A stretch of 64,000 bases of DNA from contig JAJFLP010000109.1 in the NCBI GenBank assembly GCA_021772635.1, positions 7,317 through 71,316 on the forward strand, in the 5' to 3' direction. Position numbers and translations under genes: made by a program. Numbering within the stretch: the stretch's first letter is position 1; each line of letters begins with the position of its first letter. Below the pieces are notes generated by a model. It searched no databases, had not been told where the DNA came from, and saw only the letters and a program-made list of their open reading frames with translations. This document shows positions 54,785 to 64,000 of the stretch, in pieces. This DNA comes from Verrucomicrobiota bacterium. GTDB taxonomy: Bacteria; Verrucomicrobiota; Lentisphaeria; JABSQK01; JAJFLO01.

Positions 54785-55171
54785 ATGTTGAAGTTAACAA
54801 GATCATTGGTTGCTTTTGCGATCGCATTTGCGATTGCGGGAACCGCAAACCTCGCATTTGCCCACTGTGGAAGTTGCGGAGTAGGCGGGAAGCACAAGGA
54901 AAAGAAGGAGCACAAACATGAGCACGGTCACGATCACGCCAAGAAAAAAACAGCATGCGTGAAATGCTCTCATGAGAAGGCGTGTTCCGTAGACGACTGC
55001 CAGGATGCCGCGCACCAGGCAGAATGCACCTGCAAGAAAAAGAAAGCCGATTGCGCCAAGTGTGCTCACGCAAAAGCTTGCGCCGCTGAGGCCGCGAGTT
55101 GCGATGACCCCGCGCATGCAGCGGACTGTGTTTGTCCTAAGGACAAAAAGAAAAAGGGAAAGAAAGAATAG
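54785..55171 (+). CDS. Secreted Cys/His/Lys-rich tandem-repeat protein (putative periplasmic metal-binding protein)
   Basis: Signal peptide MLKLTRSLVAFAIAFAIAGTANLAFA. Mature ~100 aa with 14 Cys and 10 or more His in two ~32-aa repeats (ACVKCSHEKAC...CTCKKKK / ADCAKCAHAKAC...CVCPKDKKKK). GGAGG SD. Confidence 0.5.
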   Translation: MLKLTRSLVAFAIAFAIAGTANLAFAHCGSCGVGGKHKEKKEHKHEHGHDHAKKKTACVKCSHEKACSVDDCQDAAHQAECTCKKKKADCAKCAHAKACAAEAASCDDPAHAADCVCPKDKKKKGKKE

Positions 55172-55226
55172 GACTCACTATCATGCTGATCGCGACCGTT
55201 GTTTGCGATCAACTCTGATTTAACTA

Positions 55227-55270
55227 AATGACCTGACGTATCTAATTTGTGCGTCAGGTCATTTTTTTTG
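55227..55270 (+). terminator. Rho-independent terminator
   Basis: AATGACCTGACG-N13-CGTCAGGTCATT followed by TTTTTTTT. Confidence 0.6.
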
Positions 55271-55331
55271 TGCGAATAATTACAAAGTTACTTTGGCTGC
55301 ATTGCGGTCATAATCCGCCGCCAGTCAAAGG

Positions 55332-56702
55332 TTAATATCCGCGGCGCGGCGCGTAGACTTTCTTTCGTGCTTTCGTCGGTCTGTGATTACGCTGTTGCTT
55401 CGGCGCAGGGCGTGCATCCACACCGGTTGCGGTACGAGCGCTTTCGCAGTGATATGGATGACTGGTATCGACCGGCACGGATTTACGGAGCAATTTCTCG
55501 ATGTTACGCAGGTAATCGCGATCCTCAGCAGCACAGAAGGAGAACGCCATACCATCCAATCCCGCCCTTGCTGTACGCCCGATACGGTGCACGTATGTTT
55601 CCGGTTCGTTGGGTAGATCGTAGTTGATTACATGCGAAATGTTGTCGATATCAAGACCGCGCGCGGCTATATCTGTTGCGACAAGTATCCGAACGTCACC
55701 GGACTTGAAATCAGCTAACGCTTGTGTTCGTGCGTTTTGGCTCTTGTTGCCATGAATAGCGACGGCGCTGACGCCGGACGCCTTGAGTTTCGCGACGACC
55801 TTATTCGCGGCGTGTTTCATTCTGGTAAATACAATCACTCTGTCCAACTTAGCATCCTCAAGTAGCGATTTTAGCAACGCATCCTTTGACTGTTTCGGAA
55901 CAAACAAAACCCTCTGCTCGATTCGCTCAACTGCCGGTTCATCTGGTGCGATCGTAATATGAACGGCTTTAGATACAAGTGTGTTCGCCAATGTGACAAC
56001 CTCTCGCGACATGGTCGCAGAAAAAAAGAGTGATTGGCGTTTAGCAGGCAGTTTGGCGATTATTTTTCGAATGTCATGAATAAACCCCATATCAAGCATG
56101 CGATCTGCTTCATCAAGAACAAACACTTCTATGTTATCGAGGTGAATATGACGTTGTTGCATCAGGTCGAGTAGTCGCCCGGGTGTGGCGACTATAATAT
56201 CAAGGCCTCGGCGTAACTTGCTTACTTGTGGATTCTGACTAACACCGCCGAAAATAACCGTGTGGGCGATACGTAAATGGCGGCCATAGATGCCGACACT
56301 ATCACCGATTTGCCCCGCTAACTCACGCGTTGGTGCTAATACTAACACTCGCGGTCTCCCCGGCACGGATTTACGTTTGTTCTCGGTGAGATATTGCAGA
56401 ATCGGCAACGTGAATGCAGCGGTTTTTCCGGTCCCGGTTTGAGCACACCCAAGCAGGTCACATCCTTCAACTAGGTGCGGTATGGCTTGCGCCTGGATCG
56501 GGGTTGGTGAACTATAGCCGTTATCGGATACCGCCCGCTGAAGTTGCGGGAGGAGGGTACTGAATACACCGTTTGGAGGGGGGGGGGTGACGTCGAATTG
56601 TTGCGATTCTGGCTTGTGTTTCTCAAGTGTCGAGACTTCCCCACCGTTTTTCGAATCTTCGGTACAATTCGCTGTTGAGATGTTAAAATGATTCTTATTC
56701 AT
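55332..56702 (-). CDS. DEAD-box ATP-dependent RNA helicase (RhlE-like)
   Basis: Q-motif, [18 protein letters not shown] ([10 protein letters not shown]), [11 protein letters not shown]. Contains a C10 tract at codons for TPPPP. Confidence 0.85.
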   Translation of the reverse strand: MNKNHFNISTANCTEDSKNGGEVSTLEKHKPESQQFDVTPPPPNGVFSTLLPQLQRAVSDNGYSSPTPIQAQAIPHLVEGCDLLGCAQTGTGKTAAFTLPILQYLTENKRKSVPGRPRVLVLAPTRELAGQIGDSVGIYGRHLRIAHTVIFGGVSQNPQVSKLRRGLDIIVATPGRLLDLMQQRHIHLDNIEVFVLDEADRMLDMGFIHDIRKIIAKLPAKRQSLFFSATMSREVVTLANTLVSKAVHITIAPDEPAVERIEQRVLFVPKQSKDALLKSLLEDAKLDRVIVFTRMKHAANKVVAKLKASGVSAVAIHGNKSQNARTQALADFKSGDVRILVATDIAARGLDIDNISHVINYDLPNEPETYVHRIGRTARAGLDGMAFSFCAAEDRDYLRNIEKLLRKSVPVDTSHPYHCESARTATGVDARPAPKQQRNHRPTKARKKVYAPRRGY

Positions 56703-56838
56703 AAAAAGTTTCCTTAGATTTTTAAAATATGCACAGATAACCAGCGTTGTCCTTGCATTGATTGATTATCATAAAGCTTTACGTTTTCTCTAGTTTCTTC
56801 GGAGATTCTATCGCGAAAGCTCTCGCGTATCACCTCTG

Positions 56839-57135
56839 CTAAATCGTATCGCACCACTGGATTTCATTTTCGGCGCGACTGCCGCGATTCTCGTTGCGGG
56901 GACGAACTTCATTTACTGAAATAGTTCTGCCGTTTAGCTCGTTATCGTTCAGATGGTCGAGGGCGTCCTGAGCCTCTTTCTTAGAAGCCATTTCAACGAA
57001 ACCGAAGCCTTTTGAACTCCCCGTATCTTTGTCCTTGATTAGTGTAGCCGACTGAACTTCCCCGAACACTTCAAAAGCCGTTTTTAGGTCATTGTCGGTT
57101 GTATCATACGAAGGGTTTCCTACGTATATATTCAT
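56839..57135 (-). CDS. RRM-type RNA-binding protein
   Basis: RNP-2 NIYVGNPSY and RNP-1 KGFGFVEM; Gly/Arg-rich tail. Confidence 0.75.
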   Translation of the reverse strand: MNIYVGNPSYDTTDNDLKTAFEVFGEVQSATLIKDKDTGSSKGFGFVEMASKKEAQDALDHLNDNELNGRTISVNEVRPRNENRGSRAENEIQWCDTI

Positions 57136-57625
57136 TCTACTTCCTTCTTTTAACCCCGGCTATGACATTTATATTCACGCCCCGAATTCCATAGCTTAAA
57201 ACCTGAGGGGGAGACTGTCCCGTCTGTGTTCCAGGTCTTCAGAGGGGAATGCGTGCTTCTCTAAATCTGGAATTCGAACACGAGCACCGGCGGATGTAAG
57301 CTGCGGGCAGTCTAGAACCGGGGATTCTAAAGATACAGTGAACACTCTCGCTTCAACAATTGAAGTCGATTAGATCACTAAAGGAAGTCAATGCAGGTAG
57401 GATAAGAGGCGGGTAGGACTCAATACTGATGACTGCGTTTTTTATCCAGACCGTCACTATTGTCCGGAAACACAAATCCCTTAACGGTGGTACTATGCGG
57501 TCAGGAAGCATTAATACTAGCCGGTATACACAATTATTCCGAATCTTACTATGCGAAACGTAACTTGATATGGCGTCACTCACCAGACGGCTACCGATTT
57601 GTCTTGGTCTAAAACTCTTGACACC

Positions 57626-58213
57626 TTATTTTCTCAACAGCCCGCCGATCCCTTTTAATGCTCCTGAAACGGCCTCATTTTCCAACATCTTCTGTGTCTC
57701 GACCTTCAGATCGTTAAGCTGCTTCTGTTGCTCCGGCGTCAGGGTGAGCTGGGCGACTTGATTTATGATTGTAAGCGCGTCCCTATACTTCTGTTGGGTT
57801 ACCAGTGCCTTCGCCTGCTCGATGAGATTTTGTGCTTTCGCAACCCCTTCCTGTGCCTTGTCATTCGCGTCGGCTGTTGCGCTCGAAACAGCTTCCTGCA
57901 CCTTCTCCTTAGCTTCTAATGTCGTATTCGAAACCGCTTTCTGCGCTGCTTCCACTACGGCATCGGCTTGTTTTTGGGTATCCGCGACGACCGTCTCTGC
58001 TGCCTGCTTGACGTCGGCCACAATCTTTCCCTGTGTCTGTTGTACCTCCGACACGACGGAGCTCGCCGCTTGTCGGGCATTGGCAGTCGCGCTCTCTGTA
58101 GACGCCTGACCAACGTTTTCCTGCGTTGCCGCGCTTTCCTTCTTTCCGCAACCACTGAGGCAGACGGCGGCGCTGAGGCAAACTGTCCATGTACATTTCA
58201 ATAATGATTTCAT
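57626..58213 (-). CDS. Lipoprotein with Ala/Gln/Lys-rich amphipathic repeat region (apolipoprotein/LEA-like)
   Basis: Lipobox LSGCG. Repeated motif in AVVEAAQKAV...KVQEAVSSA...AQEGVAKAQ. Confidence 0.45.
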   Translation of the reverse strand: MKSLLKCTWTVCLSAAVCLSGCGKKESAATQENVGQASTESATANARQAASSVVSEVQQTQGKIVADVKQAAETVVADTQKQADAVVEAAQKAVSNTTLEAKEKVQEAVSSATADANDKAQEGVAKAQNLIEQAKALVTQQKYRDALTIINQVAQLTLTPEQQKQLNDLKVETQKMLENEAVSGALKGIGGLLRK

Positions 58214-59109
58214 TTGGATGATCCTTCCGGTGGGTGTTGGTTTCTGATAGAGTTTATCGGTTGGTCGGCGAAAATCTGCTGATCACGCGTAACAACTCCG
58301 CATTGTATACCATCGTCATCGAGTTTTCGAAATATCGTTTGGAATGGCATTCGCTGGCACAATTGAGTCGTCCGAATATTCAACTGCTTGCAGTTTAGAC
58401 TGGATGTGGTACGGAGTCAAGGGAGTCGATCGATGTCTTCGGTAACACCGATGTGGAAACATAAGTGTGACGACGACCATAGTACGTAAACGGAATATGG
58501 TTTGATGTCACTCATGACTCAAGAGGGTGACGAATTCTGGTCGCCCTAAGTTTGTAACGGAGGCTGGACCGTCGCCGCCCGAGTGGCTATGACGGTTAAA
58601 ATTAACGCCAGCGATTCCGCCCAGCGGGATTATGAGTTTCGTCAAGGCGAAATACACAACCTGTTAAAAACAGCTATTTATACCTGCTAAAGCACAGATT
58701 ATAACTGTTGCATCGCTCTTTGTTTTCCGCCATACATCGGCATGCCAAGCCCCGAATGGCCACAAACTTATTATAGGCAGTATTGTGACATTATCAAGAT
58801 GAACGCTAACGTCGAGCAATTAGGAGCGGCTTACGAAATCAAACTGCACGCAGTATAATTTTTGGTCCGTATGGACTCCGCTCGTGCGGAGATAGCTTCG
58901 AATTTATCAGCCAAGAAATTCCGAACGATATTCTTTAACCGGTATCATGTCGCACTATCCGCTTTCGCGAGAGCGCCATAGCTTCAGCGGAGGCACTAGC
59001 CGACCCGGGGCAACGGCGGAAGTTACACGGACGACGCCTGGTCGAAAACTCTATGATTATCGGTATACATCAAAGCTTTTCGGTCTTCATGGAGTGATGC
59101 GACGGCATG

Positions 59110-59988
59110 TTACCCTGGAACCAAGCTCCAATCATAGTCTTTGTTCTCTCGTGACAGTCCCGCCGCGATTGCCACATCGAGGGTTAGTACGGCTGTACAA
59201 AAACGAAACGACTGGAGATATGTTCCTGTGCAATCGGGCGTCATATCATCTTCAAGACTACGGCGAACCATATCTGCATAGTTAACATTTGAACATGGCC
59301 GGACGAAAGCCTGGCTGTCCAAAAGTTCGCCTACCAACGTCATACCATGCGACGGCACAGCGAATTCGGAGTCAACAAACTCGGACGCCATTGCGGCCAA
59401 AGTTTCGTCTGTAAACTTGACAATCTTACATGTGTCAAGCCGCGACACACCTTTTAAGATATAAGCGATGTGATCCGGCCCGAAAGGAACGATTGCCAGA
59501 TCCGGACCGATTTTCGACATTCCCATAATCCAATCTGCTAGACCTTTAATTTCCCTGAACGGATCTTGTGCGCATCCATCGAGCAAATGCATATGTCTCT
59601 CATTCAATCCAATCGGTTTTATTATTCTGGAGTAAATATAATTCGAAAAGGAATGAATCGAATCCTTAGGAATATTCAAGCGCTCATCAAGTTGAGAGAT
59701 GTAAGCAATGCGGCGAAATCCGTGCAATAGATCAGCGTTTGAATTCAGAACCTCAACGAGTGATGCCCATATTTCCTTCGGTGTATTTCCAGTTGCGGCC
59801 ATCATAATAAAATCCCGGTCTCTTGACAGATCAAAAAGAAACCGCGGCATGATATACTCGTCTACAACAATGCGATCCATATCCTTCTTATTACTTACAA
59901 TCCGTGCGCGGTAGCGGAATGCACGCATCATTTTCTCTTTCCAAACCGTTGAATCTAATCCATCCGTACTAAAATTGGGCCAGTCCAT
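59110..59988 (-). CDS. Glucosamine-6-phosphate deaminase / 6-phosphogluconolactonase-superfamily protein (divergent)
   Basis: Pattern matches NagB fold: MMAATGNTPKEIWASLVE (substrate-binding loop), LDERLNIP...HLLDG, IVPFGPDHIAYI (cf. GGVGNDGHIAFNEP). Confidence 0.4.
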   Translation of the reverse strand: MDWPNFSTDGLDSTVWKEKMMRAFRYRARIVSNKKDMDRIVVDEYIMPRFLFDLSRDRDFIMMAATGNTPKEIWASLVEVLNSNADLLHGFRRIAYISQLDERLNIPKDSIHSFSNYIYSRIIKPIGLNERHMHLLDGCAQDPFREIKGLADWIMGMSKIGPDLAIVPFGPDHIAYILKGVSRLDTCKIVKFTDETLAAMASEFVDSEFAVPSHGMTLVGELLDSQAFVRPCSNVNYADMVRRSLEDDMTPDCTGTYLQSFRFCTAVLTLDVAIAAGLSRENKDYDWSLVPG

Positions 59989-60369
59989 CTAGAACTCCTT
60001 TTCCTAATTTATACCGAACGCCTTCTAGTTTTTAAAAATCGTTCGATATTTCTTACGTACTTGGTTTGATGTTATCCGAAAATTGTACTGCTTAATTCTT
60101 AATCCCGATTCAGAATGTCCGAGACTCTTCCCGCATGAGCGTGGATCCCGTCGATACGGGACGCTTATCCGGTCCGCACGAGCGGACTCCGAGAATATGG
60201 AGAGATCGCGGGCAGTATATCGAACAGGCTCCGTCTATCGCAACCGATTCCGAAGTACGGCTCGCAGGTAGGATGACAACCGTAATTACTACTTGCGGAT
60301 TTCCTTGTTGTATCACAACTACATCTGCAATACACCTGGTCTAAACGAACGGGTGTCATGTCATTCACA

Positions 60370-61446
60370 CTAAGAAAGCGTATGATCTGCCATTTTGTAA
60401 TCTTCCTTGCGAATAGAATGTCTCGTTAGCAATGTATTTATCTGTCGCGTTGAAACTCCAGCACTTTTAGCTGTCTCCTTGATAACACCGTGATGCATGG
60501 TCAACAAAGCCGACAAATACTCTCGCTCAATTCGCTTAATCGCGTGTTCACGGACTTCACGCAGACTCATATTGCTTAGATTTACGGAATCGAAACCGTC
60601 GCCTTCTCCCTGCTGCAGATACGGTAGCAGATCAAATCGTATATTCGTCAATCCGAGGGTTGACGAGTGCCCGAGAATGTAAGCGCGTTCTATTATGTTC
60701 TCCATTTCACGGACGTTCCCCGGCCAGTTATGAGATTTAAAAGCGGCGTAAATGTCCTGGTTAATTTTTGGTATTTTCTTGTTGTATACGGTATCGAATC
60801 GATCAAGAAATGAATCGATCAGCATTGCGATATCTTCTTTTCGATCGCGCAATGCGGGGATTTCAATCGGAAATACGTTAAGTCGATAGAACAGGTCGGT
60901 TCGGAATTGTTTCGTGGCACATAAAGCCGGTAGATCATCGTTGGTAGCCGCGATGATGCGCACGTCGGTTCGAATGAGCTGATCCTCGCCTACTCTTTGT
61001 ATAACGCGGTCTTGGAGTACCTGAAGGAGTTTGATCTGAGTAATTAGTGGAAGCGTTCCGATTTCGTCCAGAAAGATTGTGCCTCCAGATGCTACTTGGA
61101 ATTTGCCAAGTTTATCCCGAATTGCGCCTGTATAAGCACCCTTCACATGGCCAAATAACTCACTTTCCATTAGAGAATCAGGTATAGCACTGCAATGGAC
61201 TGAAACGAAGGGCTTGTTGCGTCGCTCGCTGAGACGATGAATCAGTCTCGCAAAAATTCCTTTCCCAGTACCAGTCTCGCCGGTCAGTAATACTGTCGCG
61301 TTAGTTCCTGATACCGACTCGATCTGTCTATATACCCCAGTCATTTTCGGGCTATTGGTCTCCGTTGCCAGAACATTATCCGGCACCCAAAGAAACTCTG
61401 GCATGATATCGGGACTGTTTGATTCATTCATGAGATTCGGCGGCAT
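60370..61446 (-). CDS. Sigma-54-dependent transcriptional activator lacking an N-terminal sensory domain (PspF/HrpR-like)
   Basis: AAA+ sigma-54 interaction domain ([28 protein letters not shown]-like GAYTGA) and C-terminal Fis-type HTH. Only ~35 aa precede the AAA+ core. Confidence 0.85.
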   Translation of the reverse strand: MPPNLMNESNSPDIMPEFLWVPDNVLATETNSPKMTGVYRQIESVSGTNATVLLTGETGTGKGIFARLIHRLSERRNKPFVSVHCSAIPDSLMESELFGHVKGAYTGAIRDKLGKFQVASGGTIFLDEIGTLPLITQIKLLQVLQDRVIQRVGEDQLIRTDVRIIAATNDDLPALCATKQFRTDLFYRLNVFPIEIPALRDRKEDIAMLIDSFLDRFDTVYNKKIPKINQDIYAAFKSHNWPGNVREMENIIERAYILGHSSTLGLTNIRFDLLPYLQQGEGDGFDSVNLSNMSLREVREHAIKRIEREYLSALLTMHHGVIKETAKSAGVSTRQINTLLTRHSIRKEDYKMADHTLS

Positions 61447-61811
61447 CGTAGCAATGTTTCATTTTGGGCAGTTTATACCTCGTGGGCTTGCCTCAAGGTA
61501 ATTGAATTACATCACACAACTTCAGTAGTAAAAACGGAATTTTCACTTCTTCTTCACAACGGAATGAGAAGTTAAAGTTCCGGTAATTATGTGCTTGTCA
61601 AGTTATTGTCGATATCTTTGCCCAGCGTATTACTAATTATACCGAACGTCTTCATCCAGCATGCGGGACGAAATATTGTTTCCACCGCGGCGGATTTCGC
61701 TAGGCTCAACATAGATCATCTTAGGTAATGAATTCAATGTCGTCCCAAAATCGTACTGCTTGCAATATAACGATGCAAAAATCGTCCCCTTGATATAAAA
61801 ATAACCATGAT

Positions 61812-61827
61812 TGGCACAGGCAATGCT
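61812..61827 (+). promoter_or_regulatory. Candidate sigma-54 (-24/-12) promoter
   Basis: TGGCACAGGCAATGCT vs consensus TGGCACG-N4-TTGCW, with GG and GC correctly spaced. 69 bp upstream of the 61896 ATG and divergent from the activator gene. Confidence 0.45.
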
Positions 61828-61895
61828 ATGCCCGGCTGGACGCACGTCGTCACGTATCGAATTCAAGGTTTCACATTTAACACGGGAGAAGAAGT

Positions 61896-62249
61896 ATGAA
61901 TTCTAGAAGTAAGTTTGCACGCACCGCTATTATGTCTATACCTATAATATTTCTTTGCACAGTGGTTTCGTTATTTCCGCCAAGTACCAGGGCTGAGAAT
62001 TCAGTGGATGGGACCGCAATTAAAGGTATGATTGAAGCGTTAGTTGATCTTGATAATGGTAGCGAGATAATCGGCATAAGTGTTTGGGACGATGAACGGG
62101 GACATGATTACTTGATTGAAGAGGACGAACGGGAGCTTGAGTTAAGAAAACACGTTAACAAAATTGTCAAGATTGTTGGGGCAGTGAAATCCCATGAATC
62201 CAACCTGTATTCGACGATCACCATTACTTCTTTTGAAGTATTAAAATGA
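61896..62249 (+). CDS. Small secreted hypothetical protein
   Basis: Signal peptide MNSRSKFARTAIMSIPIIFLCTVVSLFPPSTRA; GGAGAAG SD. No domain recognised. Confidence 0.4.
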   Translation: MNSRSKFARTAIMSIPIIFLCTVVSLFPPSTRAENSVDGTAIKGMIEALVDLDNGSEIIGISVWDDERGHDYLIEEDERELELRKHVNKIVKIVGAVKSHESNLYSTITITSFEVLK

Positions 62250-62297
62250 CAATGAACACATTCCTGTCCTCAAAACGAAATCATTCAATGCCTTACT

Positions 62298-63227
62298 ATG
62301 AGTATTAAGAAAATAGTACTAGGATTCGATTTCTTCGACTCAACTAAGCACGCTGTCGATACGGTGACTTATTTGGCTAAACATTGTGGGAGTGAAGTCA
62401 TTCCGGTTCATGCAGTCGATCATATTCCGTACCATTATGGATTAAATTATTGGCACCGGGTGTATGATGAACTCTATCCCCGTATGACGAAGTCAATCGA
62501 AACGGTTTCGTCGAACGGAGTTGCAGTGAGGCCACCCGAAATTAAGGAAGGGCGTCCATATGATGTTTTGTTAACGTCAGCGACCGAGTACGGTGCGGAC
62601 TTGATTGTTGTGGGAGAATGCCGAAACAGTTTCATGGGCCGAGTATTTGGGCCGACTGCGAACAAATTGGTCCGAAATGCAAAGCAACCCGTACTAGCCA
62701 TCAGATCGGGTGAGTTTCCTGTTGAAATTAAACGAATTCTTTGTGCGGTCGATCTCTCGGTTGCGTCCCGGTCCGTCCTCTCACTGGGACGATATTTAGC
62801 GGAGCATCTAGACGCGAACCTTGATATTGTGCATGTCGCGCCGGAAGTTCGGCGATATCCTGGTTTAAGCAATTTGGATTTTCCCGTTATGCCGATGGAC
62901 GTCGACGGCGAGCTCAAGGATGACATGCTGGAACAACTGGCGGCCTGCAATGGGAGTGTAAAACTCAGATTAGAATCGATTTTTGATGATTATTTAAAAG
63001 GCTTCGATTTATCAGGGATTAGATATAGTACGTGGTTTCGGCAGGGCGTTCCGCACATCGAGATCCTGAAGATGGTTCGAGCGGGAAGCTACGATCTATT
63101 GCTAATCGGCCGAAAAGGCCAGAACAATATGCCGAGTGTTCTGATTGGTAATACAACGGAAAGAATCTTGGATGAATCTTTGTGTTCTGTGATCGTTGTG
63201 CCTCATGAAGATCCAGGAGAGTGTTGA
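62298..63227 (+). CDS. Tandem universal stress protein (two UspA domains)
   Basis: Two ~145-aa halves, each ending in a G-x2-G-x9-G(S/T)-type ATP-binding tail (VVGECRNSFMGRVFGPTANKL; LIGRKGQNNMPSVLIGNTTERI). Confidence 0.75.
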   Translation: MSIKKIVLGFDFFDSTKHAVDTVTYLAKHCGSEVIPVHAVDHIPYHYGLNYWHRVYDELYPRMTKSIETVSSNGVAVRPPEIKEGRPYDVLLTSATEYGADLIVVGECRNSFMGRVFGPTANKLVRNAKQPVLAIRSGEFPVEIKRILCAVDLSVASRSVLSLGRYLAEHLDANLDIVHVAPEVRRYPGLSNLDFPVMPMDVDGELKDDMLEQLAACNGSVKLRLESIFDDYLKGFDLSGIRYSTWFRQGVPHIEILKMVRAGSYDLLLIGRKGQNNMPSVLIGNTTERILDESLCSVIVVPHEDPGEC

Positions 63228-63376
63228 CCACGGTCAGAACCTAATTTATCCGGTGCGCCGATAGGAGTTGGCCTATGATTGTGAGTTGAATATAACGTTA
63301 TCGCATGTCCAACTTATGGATTTATATGAAGATTCCCCTAAACTCAAGAGACTAAATACGACAAAGAGGACTAACA

Positions 63377-63712
63377 ATGACGAATATTTCGCTGTGTACA
63401 ATTCTCAAAAGGATTTACGTATTCATTACGGTGATTGCAATGAGCGTTGGAAATTATGGATTTGGTTATTCCGGCGCGGAACATATTGATACCAAGCAAT
63501 CTAATTGCTTGGTTGATGACGACAGCGATTCCGGCGATAATTCGGACGACTGGAATAGTGATGACTTCTGGAGCGGTGATGATGACTCCGAAGACGACAA
63601 CGACGGGGATGTAACGGAACCAGACGGCGACGAAGATAACGCAGACAACGCCACACCTGAAATTGATGACGGCACTGACAATGATGAAGACGACGACAGT
63701 GACGGAGAGTAA
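63377..63712 (+). CDS. Secreted Asp-rich low-complexity protein (possible Ca2+/cation-binding or intrinsically disordered protein)
   Basis: Signal/anchor helix then ~75 aa with >50% Asp/Glu/Ser/Asn/Gly (DDDSDSGDNSDDWNSDDFWSGDDDSEDDNDGD...). Confidence 0.4.
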   Translation: MTNISLCTILKRIYVFITVIAMSVGNYGFGYSGAEHIDTKQSNCLVDDDSDSGDNSDDWNSDDFWSGDDDSEDDNDGDVTEPDGDEDNADNATPEIDDGTDNDEDDDSDGE

Positions 63713-63885
63713 ATTGCGTTAGACTGCAAGCAGTCGAATTTTCGACGATCTCTTGTCTTGCGGGCAAGGATTTTAGCGAACTTATCGAAAATCTGACTGG
63801 AGTTAGTATACATTTAATCCTCACCCACGAGCGGGCGAAAGCATCGGAGATTCGGCGCCGATCTTTCGTTCGTTACTAATATTGA

Positions 63886-63918
63886 CCGAACGTATGTATA
63901 CCTGCGTTCGGTCTTTTT
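63886..63918 (+). terminator. Rho-independent terminator
   Basis: GACCGAACG-N12-CGTTCGGTC followed by TTTTTTTT. Confidence 0.45.
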
Positions 63919-64000
63919 TTTGCTAAAAACTCGGCCGCGAAACCCTCGGCTATTGTGGTAGGAACTCAATTTTTAGAACTTTTCTCAATCGTGGACGCAT

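Noticed and set aside
58947-59285. 112-aa plus-strand ORF
   Set aside because: It overlaps the 3' end of the better-supported minus-strand NagB-like gene. It has Arg/Ser/Thr-rich composition typical of an antisense frame and no SD.
1-64000. tRNA, tmRNA, RNase P and rRNA genes
   Set aside because: I scanned for T-loop (GGTTCGAATCC-like), CCA-end tmRNA and RNase P consensus strings and found none convincing. A covariance-model search is needed to be sure.

Overview
This 64-kb chromosomal window is from a Gram-negative bacterium; Shine-Dalgarno sites are in use and outer-membrane and LPS genes are present, but the taxon cannot be named from sequence alone. About 45 credible genes are present. 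The house-keeping backbone is a TetR-OMF-MFP-RND efflux operon, fabA-fabB, gdhA, an MthK-like K+ channel, topoisomerase III, a DEAD-box helicase, an RRM protein, two very large hybrid sensor kinases, a sigma-54 activator and LPS glycosyltransferases GT9 and GT39. The accessory gene content is high. It includes six type-II toxin-antitoxin pairs, five with PIN/VapC toxins and one RelE/Phd pair; an SF1 Upf1/IGHMBP2-like helicase; a Hanks kinase with a cNMP domain next to an FGE-like protein; a four-EF-hand protein; and secreted low-complexity proteins, one Cys/His/Lys-rich and one Asp-rich. The genome is saturated with several families of small dispersed repeats. The clearest is a REP-associated tyrosine transposase (RAYT) gene flanked by arrays of its own REP/REPIN hairpins, with REP-derived MITEs elsewhere in the window. 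A second is a ~190-bp MITE with terminal inverted repeats. Composite repeats built around CCCACCAGTGGG and TGCAAGCAGTACAATTTTTGG cores, ~90- and ~110-bp repeats, and heptanucleotide tandem repeats in three promoter regions are also present. Several repeats sit inside coding frames or create false N-termini in the ORF track. The most novel-looking locus is at 15.1-20.6 kb. It has a YHS/TRASH-motif membrane protein followed by a Cys-free YpdA/Bdr-like flavoprotein domain that appears circularly permuted. That domain is fused to a NapH-type membrane polyferredoxin. A DUF547 protein and a YtxJ (TCPxS-type) thiol protein lie close by, so this may be an undescribed membrane-linked thiol-redox/electron-transfer system. 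No rRNA, tRNA or CRISPR array was found.
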